Source: Jimgerdemannia flammicorona (taxonomy: Eukaryota). From it: DNA of 42,170 nucleotides. Below are positions 24,230 to 33,649 of this stretch, piece after piece. Location: the NCBI GenBank assembly GCA_003990765.1, contig RBNJ01000094.1, positions 1-42,170 on the forward strand, read 5' to 3'. The stretch's first letter is position 1. Every line of letters begins with the position of its first letter. The notes beneath the pieces are model-generated. The model did not search any database. It saw only the letters and a list, made by a program, of their open reading frames with translations, and was not told the origin of the DNA. A program made the translations under genes and the position numbers.

Positions 24230-24312
24230 CCATGTCATCGTTGGGGAAAGTGCATTCACGTGGATGGGATTATCCCATCTACGTGAATGCACTTTTCCCA
24301 ACAATGACATGG
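24230..24312. repeat. Dispersed palindrome copy 4 (83 bp, centre 24271)
   Basis: CCATGTCATCGTTGGGGAAAGTGCATTCACGTGGATGGGAT-T-ATCCCATCTACGTGAATGCACTTTTCCCAACAATGACATGG. Confidence 0.97.
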
Positions 24313-24575
24313 CATTCTATATGCTAACTCTAAACTATACGTAATTGAAATAGTGTTTGTGTAATATTATAAGCAACACCAATAGATGGAGCACCTCCGA
24401 CTGCTGAACGTCAATCTGCACAAACCGCTACAACTAACTTATAATGTTAGTATGTGCAATGCGTAGTTCTAGCCATGTCTATTGATCACGTGAGTATATG
24501 TCCACATGTCCACATATGCATACAAACATTACAATACATACTCACTCACTTACTCACTCACTTACTCTTTGAAAT

Positions 24576-24986
24576 ATGAAGAAACTACCGCAGTCTGTCA
24601 AACAACCACGTCAAACCAATGAGACCAAACAGTCTGCTGTAAGTAGAGGTATTAGTCCTGTTTAGTGCTACATGTCATACACACACACACACACACTGCT
24701 AAATCCGGATTTGTGCATTCTCCAGAACTGTATTGCCACAAGAAAAAGTAGGATGCGAATAAAGCAATGTACTCAAGAACAGAATAAACATATTGGAGTT
24801 CTGGAAGCCAAGATTATAGATCTTCTCAAAAAGAATGAAGAGTATCGTATACAGTTATCGACTGTGTTGACAGAAAATCATCTGTTTAAAACAACTATAA
24901 TGCCAATTGTCAAACATATTGTATTTGATCTCGAGAGAGATCAGGTTCCATCCCCATGTGACATGGCGCTGTTTGGGTTGTATTAG
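24576..24986 (+). CDS. Small bZIP transcription factor (2 exons; intron 24639-24725)
   Basis: Exon 1 MKKLPQSVKQPRQTNETKQSA, phase-0 GTAAGT..CAG intron, then NCIATRKSRMRIK (N-x7-R basic motif) and a heptad zipper LEAKIIDLLKKNEEYRIQLSTVLTENHLF. Confidence 0.75.
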
Positions 24987-25043
24987 GATAAATGTCAAAA
25001 TAAAATGGTATAACCCATTGGACAAATACTCTTAAACTATACA

Positions 25044-26093
25044 ATGGCTGTTGCAATGCGAAGTATGAGAGCAAGAACGCGGTCGCAGATGCGTGGACAA
25101 CCATGGATTGCAAGCTATGATGTTCTATCTAAGAAGCGAGTGTGGCAACGTCAGGTAACACTGTTGCAAACTGATAATACAGTTGATGATATTGCAATGA
25201 CAGTCATTGCAACGCCAATGACGATATCAACAATACACCCATTACCGTCACCACCAAGCATCTGTACAACCGATACCACAACAATCTGCATTGTGGCTAT
25301 TATGGCGGTTACAACAATATGCGCTGCTACTCCGGCAGTTATAACAATATGCACTGCTACTCTAGCAGTTACAACAATATGCGCTGCTACTCCAGCAGTT
25401 ACAACAATATGCGCTGCTACTCTGGCAGTTACAACAATATGTGCTGCTAATATAGCAGCTACAATAATATGCACTGATACTTCTGTAGCTACAACAACAA
25501 CAGACACTGCTACTACAGCTACAACAAAAAAAGTCCAAAGACAAACCCAGTTGTTAACCAGACTGCATAATATACACGACAGGTTGAGTATAGATCCCAC
25601 CATTAACAATACCATTGTTAACGATCACAATGTGGGCATCATTCGGGCAAATCTATACAACATTCGACTAGCTGCATACATTGCACAATATCAATATTTG
25701 CATAATATCAATACGCTAACTCCGAGACAGAAGGGTTGTATGTTCTTTGAGGCAGAAAGGACGTTTCGCGACACACAGTTGAAGAGCACAGACAAACCTA
25801 TGGAAATATATAACTTTGATAGCAAGTATCGCAGTGCCCGAGCAACATATCTTCGTTTTGTTCAGCAGTTTGGATTTGGTGTTGTGCTTATCTCCAAAAC
25901 CACCATAGGCAGTTTTGTTGATATATCACAGACATTACTGGATGCAAATATGCCCAATACTACAGTAGTATCACAATATTATATGAAATTTACTAGTGCA
26001 CATTGTAGAACAGCTATTATTGGGGAGCTAGTGAAGATCATCAATGATCTGACTAAAGTTGAAGCTGAGTTTGTAATGATGTTTGGTATATAG
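25044..26093 (+). CDS. Hypothetical protein with Thr/Ala repeats and C-terminal helical domain
   Basis: Intact 349-aa ORF. Confidence 0.6.
   Translation: MAVAMRSMRARTRSQMRGQPWIASYDVLSKKRVWQRQVTLLQTDNTVDDIAMTVIATPMTISTIHPLPSPPSICTTDTTTICIVAIMAVTTICAATPAVITICTATLAVTTICAATPAVTTICAATLAVTTICAANIAATIICTDTSVATTTTDTATTATTKKVQRQTQLLTRLHNIHDRLSIDPTINNTIVNDHNVGIIRANLYNIRLAAYIAQYQYLHNINTLTPRQKGCMFFEAERTFRDTQLKSTDKPMEIYNFDSKYRSARATYLRFVQQFGFGVVLISKTTIGSFVDISQTLLDANMPNTTVVSQYYMKFTSAHCRTAIIGELVKIINDLTKVEAEFVMMFGI
25304..25500 (+). repeat. Coding minisatellite, 30-bp unit (AVTTICAATP/L), about 6 copies
   Basis: GCAGTTACAACAATATGCGCTGCTACTC.. in tandem. Confidence 0.9.
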
Positions 26094-26305
26094 ATATGTA
26101 ACTGACCTATATATGGAACAAACCTTTTGGTACCAAATATTATGAGATCATCAATATTGAATAAATTACCTATCATGCAGTGTGAATCTGTTAAGTTTAA
26201 TCCAGAATCTTTAGTGGGTGGGTCCAGTTTGTATAGGACGTGTTATCACGTGAATTATCCTATTAATTCATACTCTTTTGTTCTGGACAATCATTTGCAC
26301 TATCA

Positions 26306-27016
26306 ATGGCATACTGTACGAGATTCACAACTCAGAAGGTGGCTATCGCAGCGGGGTGTAAAAATGGAACTTGTAGTCCATCCCCCGCTATCTTAGCAGG
26401 GGGTAAAAAAAGAACTCGTAGTTCACCCCCTGCTATCTTAGTGGGTGAAAAATGAACTCGTAGTTCACCGCCAGTAGATGATGACAATGACGGTTCACAA
26501 TCACATATCAGTGAAACTCCATCCAAAGAGTTTGATGTTAACCACACAACACAAAGTGAGTATATATATATATATATTATATATACATAATTATTGGTAC
26601 ATATTATCTAATTCTAACATATATTCATAGACCGAGATCTAAACAGAAACCAACTAGCTGATGAAATACAAGAATTGAAGAATATCATCACATCTATCAA
26701 CAATCGGAATTTGAACGTGGGAAAACAAATGGCTAAACTACGTGGAAGAATACAGAGCCTGGAACGCATAATTGCCAAATCTCAGTATACGGAGATAGAG
26801 ATAGACTTAAATCGTGAAGATGTGGATATATTTAAAACACACACCCTTGCAAGTTTGGAATATGCGAATACACGTGCGACAAGGATTTTAAATCGGCTAG
26901 ATTATATAGAAACACGAATTGATGACCTAGAGAGTACGAGCCACTCTGAGTTGTCAGGTACTATAGATGATAATGATACTGAGAGTAGTTACAGATCAAA
27001 ATGCCAACAAAAATAA
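26306..27016 (+). pseudogene. Coiled-coil protein with 3x ~45-bp repeat (AILAGGKKRTRSSPP); intron 26556-26630; in-frame TGA 26453-26455
   Basis: ATG 26306; a phase-1 GTGAGT..CATAG intron splices in frame to ORF 26675-27016 (heptad pattern). The stop lies where the adjacent repeat has Arg. Confidence 0.6.
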
Positions 27017-27343
27017 TCACCAATATCATCATTACCTATACATATAATCGATTATATAACATAGTGATTTTGTGGTTTATACAATATAACACATATTTTA
27101 GCATGTTTAACAACTGTTGCATACAATATTTACTGTATTTGATACTGTAGTTCTAACTTTGTTGGAGTGAGTGTACTTGTGAAGAATGCAATTCGTATAT
27201 ACTGGTGATGTACAGATGTATCGGGAAAATAACAAGTATTGGAATGTGGTGAATTTGTCTAATATTTTGAATATTATATTATATATGAATAGATAGAAGA
27301 GGCTATTTGTATATGGTAGATTATTATTAATTTTACAATGCTG

Positions 27344-30062
27344 TCATTCAGAAGTTTGTTTGCGTTTTGTTTCTGCTGCGACATGATCTCTTTTTAAGAG
27401 TACCGTCATTCATCTACAACACATATCTGGAGTTCTACCTGGAATGTCCACCAAAATTGTTATCCAACTGCATCCATGCTCATTGTGACATTGGTGCAAC
27501 AGTATATCTTCGTCAGATGTCCATTGTGTCTTCTTCTTAATCGATACACCTAAAGCATTTTCTCATCTATATTGATAGTTATGACTCTCCTTCCCTGGAA
27601 TCGTAGATGCTATCTTCTCCCACTGACGACCATGTAGTGTATATGCCTTCCACAACAGTTTGTCATCATCCTTTGTCCATGTAGTAGTAGTTTTGATATC
27701 GCTTGTTACAGCTGTTGAGATATATCCTCTAGGCTTAGTACATAGATATCTGTAGATATTATACAATTACAAATTAGAATATAGGCATATATTATATTTC
27801 TGTAAAATTCAATAATAGCATACCTAACCAAGGCCTCTCTCTTTTGTATATTGGGAACTGTTTGAATAATATCATCAATTATAGTAGATGATACACCAAC
27901 AACGACTGGTCCATTTTCTATTAAAATTGTCGTAGCTCGTTGTTCAAGCTCTGCGGCAGTTGTCTGTTTAGATATCTCATAATGTTCAAGTTTGAGTGTG
28001 CGCACTCTTATAAACCACAATAGCTTTTGGTATTGTTTGAGCAGATCAGGTGCCTCTTTGGTCTAATAAATAGTAAGAGAGTGTATATATATGTGAGGAG
28101 ATGATGATGATGTATTAGATATTCTAAAAAAATAAAACCCTTACTAGATAGTGCCATCTTCGTATCCCTAACGGATTTAGTTTTTTTTTTAATTTAGCTA
28201 CATCTTCCTTCCATTTAATGATGGTAGTATCTGTCTCTTAGAGTCGCTGTTGAGTTGTCTTGGATTGAAGTACAGGTGATGGGATCTGTACTAGTGGAGC
28301 CCTGAATGCAATCACATCATCGTGATGTTGTGCTGAGGCATCAGAACCTAACATCGCTCCCATTATGTTAACACCTACTGGTCGTGTATAGTACATATGT
28401 AACATATTAGATTTGGGTGAGTGATATAGTGCTTGCTTTGCTTTGGCATCTCCAACCCTCTTGGAAATTGCATCAGCTGCACTTCGGTGAAACATATAGG
28501 CTGAAAATGACTCTATATAAACAGAGTTCTTATTAGAAATATGAACATAGATTAATATACCATATATATACATTATTATATATACCTGCATATCCAGCCT
28601 TTTGTGCGATAAGTGATAAAAAACTATCAAACAAATTTGTTGTAAGAGGACTATTTCCAGCAGCATTCTGAAATACTGTAGTGTTCAGTATCTCTGGTGC
28701 CCATTCAATAGTGGTATATTTAGACTGAAATAGATCTTCCAGAGTTGTGAATGCTTTAAAGGCACTACATCGAATAGCCCAGGTGATAAGCATAATGATA
28801 GGACACAGGTCTAGTTTTTGGGCATCCTGTACTGGTTGTATAATCCATGAAAGTCTGTGTAATAATAATAATAATAATAATAAATTAATATAATATAAAT
28901 ATTTACATAGACCAATTATAAATATTATACATACGGTGCTTTGCCTCCTTTCACAGTACGAAATACTATTGTTGCATGGAAAACTGGACCCAGTTTATCT
29001 AATCCCTCATATGTCAGCTTGATGTCCTATATCAAATCATATATCAATATCTCTCAAATAATATTGTGTGTGTGTGTATGTGTTAATAAATAAATAAATA
29101 AAATACCAAACATACACTCCATTTCAAGGCTCTGTCATGTTGATGGTGTATAGTACTTGAAATAAGAGATCCTGGCCAGACGGCTGTAAACATCATTAAC
29201 AGCCACAGTGTAATGTGTTTAAATGTAAGATCCCAGTCACGGTTATTTTTGTGTGCCTCCTGCACCAAAACATGAAGCTCTGATTCACCAATAAATGTTT
29301 TAGGCTTTTGAGTTGTTGTAAGATTGCGCTGAGTTGCAATCATATCAACTGCCTGCAAAATAATATATGTATTTAATTTAGTTGATATGTATATATAATA
29401 AAACATCTCTATAAGTAATAATAATAACAATTATTCATACTTGGGTAATTTGTATTTTATCACCATCAGAGAGTTGAAAGTGTTCGACATCTTTCCATAG
29501 CTATAATAACAAATATTAGAACAAGTCTAAATAATATTATAAATAAAAAAACGAATTGGATAATATACATACTAGTTTTAGTAATAACGTCTTAGTTGTC
29601 ACTAAATATTCCTTCGACATAGGTGTTTTATTCGGGCTTAATGTTGTCATTGCTTTCGCAATCAGGAAGCTCTTTATATTGTCTGAGAATGAAATATAAT
29701 GTTAGTAAAAATAAATAAATAAATAAATATATGAGATGCTCGCAGATGTCAGCAATTATATTTTACATACCCACAGTCGCATGTTGAATAGTCCATGCTG
29801 CCGCCTTTGAAACTCCATTAGCTTCCATATACTCGTTCCATTGTCTAGTAACTAGGTCGTGGTTCCGTTTGGTTAATGGTGATCTCGTATCAAAGTCGTT
29901 GGCTTGTGTACTTAGAGTCTTGATTTCCGTGAGTTCGCTGGCACCCAGGAGTGCAAATTTGTTCAATCGTCTTGCACCGGGGGGTTTGGGGCTCACCCGT
30001 CTCGCCGCACGGGACAATTCTGTGCTCTTGGTTGAAGATCCTCTCTGTTTTACAGGAGCCAT
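27344..30062 (-). pseudogene. Multi-exon tyrosine recombinase, DUF3435/Starship captain-like, with two C-terminal Myb/SANT repeats; inactivated
   Basis: Motifs in order: LLMMFTAVWPGSL (R>W of RPG), ALKWS|DIKL, FRTVKGGK, LDLCPIIMLITWAIRCSAF, SAYMFHRSAA, ALYHSPKSNMLHMYY. Then WTKDDDKLLWKAYTLHGRQWEKIASTIPGK..YR*ENAL and WTSDEDILL..HGCSWITI..IPGRTPDMCCR*. Introns 28513-28585, 28063-28144 and 27729-27823 are phase-consistent. Three in-frame stops. Confidence 0.8.
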
Positions 30063-30073
30063 AGTTGGAAGAG

Positions 30074-30123
30074 GTGGCAGTGGTGGTGGTGGTGGTGGTG
30101 GTGGCGGTGGTGGCGGCGGTGGT
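30074..30123. repeat. (GGT/GGC)n microsatellite just upstream of the recombinase ATG
   Basis: About 16 trinucleotide units. Confidence 0.95.
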
Positions 30124-30158
30124 AGTAAAGAGTAAACAACTATCCTTGTGGAAATAAA

Positions 30159-30273
30159 ACATCCGGTCCACATCCCCGTGCATACTGGGGCACACGCCGG
30201 ATGTGCCGGTGTAATCCGGATTACGAACACGTGTCCGCAATATTGCGGACTACTACGATTAATCTGACCCGGG
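30159..30273. promoter_or_regulatory. CpG-rich cluster of adjacent short palindromes upstream of the recombinase
   Basis: ACATCCGG(30159)..CCGGATGT(30197), GTAATCCGGATTAC 30211-30224, ACACGTGT 30227-30234, GTCCGCAATATTGCGGAC 30233-30250, GATTAATC 30257-30264, CCCGGG 30268-30273. Regulatory function is inferred. Confidence 0.55.
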
Positions 30274-30642
30274 ACCCACGGGTGTCGCGGGTGTCTCAAA
30301 ACTTCAGGCTCGAGTTTGGGAATGGTGTCGTGAGTCGGAATGTGTGTCGCGGATGTGTTGGTGGAATAGGAATGGATGGGAAATCAGTTTATAATTTCAT
30401 TTTGTAAGAGTGTTGGAAGCGATGGGACACATTATGAAATCGGCGCTTTGATTTAAAGTGCGTGAGTCGGGGACGACTTTAAGAAACTTTCAAACAAGAG
30501 TTATTACCTTCCCGCCCACTCATTTGGACGGTCGATTTTGGTGAGTTAGACTGATATTGTATAATGGATAATGCATATGTGCAGATAAAATCGTCACACC
30601 GTTATTGCAGGCCAATTAAATAAAAATAGCATACAATTACAT

Positions 30643-32549
30643 CTAAATCTGCTTCACTTTCTTCATAGGCTGGTTCACAATTCCCATCAACATCCTCGCA
30701 ACCTGAACCAGTGCGCTTCCTATTCCAAACACTGTTCCAACCAATGCTATCATCAATACCGCATACAAATCGTAATTCCCGGCTTTCCACCACGTCATAC
30801 TCTTATCCGGCGATTGCAAGTGCATTAACCCAGTTCCTCCATACATCACCTCCTCCACTATATCCGCCCCACGCTCTACCCGCCGTGACCCGATCTGTGC
30901 CAGCGCCTGCATCCGGCTCATGTTTCCCGCGAAAAATCCTTCGGGGTCCTCGACCAACCGCCGGATCTTCTCAGTCACCTCCGTCACCGTCGCCGTGTCA
31001 CGATCAATTTGTAGCGCCACACCGGCGCGATGGAGTTTGACCGCATTCATAGGCTGATCTCCGAAGTATGGTTGCACCAGTAGCGGGGTCCCAGTATACA
31101 ACGCCTCGTGCGTCGACTCCACGCCGCCATGCGAGATGAAGAGCCGAGTCGACGTGTGGTTTAGGATTGCCTGCTGTGGTGCCCATGACGTGAAATGGAA
31201 CGCCGGATGTCCGTTCGCCAGCAGGTCCGCTGTCTTCAGCTCGATCGTCCCGTTCACATTTCCGCTCACCACAGTGATCGTCAATGGAAAATCGGCCGAC
31301 CGCGTCTGCACAATCGCCCAGATCACGCCGTCTACCACGCCCGTGTGGACAGAGGTTGCCAGGGCCGTTAGGAGCACGCCCAAAGTTCGCGAGGACGGAG
31401 GGACTTTTTGGCCGAAGGCAACATAGATTACGCGACTGTGTTTCGTGAGGAAGGTGCTTAATGGGGGAGTGAGGCTCGGGTATGCATCACCCATCACAGG
31501 GCCAATGAGGTGCACAAGGGGACCAATTGGGCGGGGAACCTGGAGGATGTAGGAGGTTTGCACATCGGGAGAAAAGTAGGGTGACGAGGTCAAACACTAA
31601 TTCAATCTGTTTCGAACCAAAAAGATGAGAACAAATCTGTTACCTCGAAACCAAAGAACGTATTAACTAGTTTCACGCTATTCTCCCACCGCCCAGTCAA
31701 CACGCCCCACACTGGCGGGACGCCCATCTTGACACGTTGCTTGTTCAGCTCCGCTATGCTGGGATAGAAATAATACAACGCTTGGGTGGGCATAATGATC
31801 TGGGAGTACAACCGTTGCAGGAGGTTCTGGTTCTTGGTCGTCGGCTCGATTGATAAAACATTATTGGTGTAGGGCGCGCTGCCGTCTGTAGAACGAACGA
31901 GATCGAGACGGACGGATCAATAAAAGACATATCGCATGAGCGAACCATATTGAAGGGGCGGAGGAATGGAAAATCCTGTCCATTACGTACCTGGAGACAT
32001 TATTACAGATGTCAAGATCACGAACGGAATCCCTGCCATATGCGCTGCATCAAAACAAACCTCAAGCATGCTCTCACACAACACGACGTCTGGCTTAATC
32101 TCGTCAAATATTTTTCTATACCCCAAATAGAGCCGTTCATACGCCGCATTCATATCCCTCATCATCGTGCTCAGTTGCCGCACATCCAAATTCCTCCCCT
32201 CGTCAAACATTAATTTCCGAATTTTTTCCTTATCAATGACCAACGGCCCGATTGACACAGTCGGGAGACCCCACGGACGAGCGAGATTCAGCTGCCCGTC
32301 GTTAGTCACGTACGTGACCTGGTACCCGCGCTCGCGCAGGATCACTCCGATGTCGAAGCCCGCCTTAATGTGCGAGATTCCACCCGTTTGGGACGATATC
32401 ATCACATGCTTGGAAGTGCGGTAGGAACCGGACACGAGGCCGTGCGCCGCGCTGGGAGTGGGGGCTCGGAAGAGGAGGAGGAGGAGGAGGAACAGGAGTG
32501 GTAGGATACGCAGGTGGCGCGGCCAGGTTGACCAATGTTGGATGGGCAT
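30643..32549 (-). CDS. UDP-glycosyltransferase (GT1/UDPGT) with signal peptide and C-terminal TM helix; exons 32549-31991, 31885-31644, 31539-30643
   Basis: Signature WAPQQAILNHTSTRLFISHGGVESTHEALYTGTPLLVQPYFGDQ, N-terminal GGISH..LRERGYQVTYV, hydrophobic leader and KKVKQI tail. No stops; CpG-rich. Confidence 0.95.
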
Positions 32550-33649
32550 TTGTGAAAATGCTGTTAGGAGAAAGATATTGGTGTTTGTTTTGTTTGAAAG
32601 CATGCAATGTGCTGTATATATATACTTTACAGAAATCGAAGTTCTCGTACATCGGGTTCGCGCCCCATGAGTCATGTTTAGGAGACGGCTACTAATTAGC
32701 CGAGCCGCGGTGCGGAAGCACGGATATTTCTGGCTGGCCAAGTCGACGTTTTTTCATATTGCCCTTTCTATCTCGTGAGTCTAGCTATATCGTGAGTCAG
32801 GGTCAGGGTCTTCACTGACCGAGAGCACCGCACTCGCCCACATCGGTCGTAAATGATTGGTTGTGGTCATTTTGCTCGAGTGGCGCGACCTTTACGACGT
32901 ATAATATTCGAGAACCTCATCTGATAAGTCGTCTGTTTTCGCTTATCAGATTGCGTCTGATAATTTTAATTATCGCCTATGTTTCCAGTATATTTCTTTT
33001 CCGTGCCGGGGATGCCCTACATTGGGTGTCACAAAATTATCTGATCACGTTATGACCTCGAATCAAATTTACTGGAAGCTTCAAATGCTGTCCCCAATTT
33101 CCTATCCGCTATAATTTGTCGGTCACAGTTACTCATTGTAGCTTTTTGACTACTGCGACACGCAGCTCCGGTTTAGCAAATTATAAATCTCAAACCTCAC
33201 AAACTATAATTGTGACATGAATACGCCCACCGAATTCGCGAACCTATAAACAATGCGGACTACCTCGGAAACATGTTTTGACCCTTTTTCGCTGGCTCTC
33301 CATTTCACGCTCTTCCCGTGTGTGTCACTGATCTTCCCCTCTTGTGTAGCAGCCTTTTGCAATCCACTGCCAGTGTCCTGGGAGTCGGTTTTCTGCTTTT
33401 TCAGAGATGCCTTATGTTTGAGATCATCATTGGAATCATTTTGTCAAGTATTCTTTCTTTTTGTACAGTGTGGGGATGACCTGGAATTGCTGGTCTTCTC
33501 AGAAGTATCCCTGAATATATCTTGCAGTCATTTGGGCTGTAGAAAGGTTTCACTACTATCTCACAGGAAGGTACTTCACTATTCAGACAGACTATTCAGC
33601 TCTTACTTAGCTGCTAACTACAAGTGAGGTTAATGGAATCTATGCTAGA

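Larger units (their letters stand above)
1189..30500 (-). mobile_element. Putative giant tyrosine-recombinase (Starship-like) mobile element carrying its own PolB/Rad52/ERCC4 module; boundaries approximate
   Basis: Terminal YR gene facing inward and ~20 tightly packed cargo genes between two ordinary metabolic genes (GH31, UGT). Palindromes and upstream motifs occur only inside this interval. Uniform transition-type decay, absent from the UGT gene. No target-site duplication identified. Confidence 0.7.

Noticed and set aside
2926-30062. Alternative genetic code or stop-codon readthrough explaining the in-frame stops
   Set aside because: TGA, TAG and TAA all occur, at positions implying different residues (R, Q, W), alongside transition-type missense changes in conserved motifs. 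Mutational decay is the simpler explanation.
29763-30299. Poly-proline N-terminus for the recombinase starting at 30299
   Set aside because: It derives from a (GGT)n microsatellite and a palindrome-rich CpG island; ATG 30062 (MAPVKQ) is the more plausible start.
1189-30500. Polinton/Maverick or intact endogenous giant virus
   Set aside because: The polymerase is delta-like rather than protein-primed; no DDE integrase, long TIRs, capsid, protease or packaging ATPase was recognised.
30400-30520. TTAC/GTAA Starship-type target-site repeats at the element ends
   Set aside because: Several 4-mers are present at both ends but no convincing matched direct repeat; the boundary cannot be fixed from this window.
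33230-33640. Possible K/E/S-rich minus-strand gene fragment
   Set aside because: Contains stops, has no recognisable domain and no supportable gene model.
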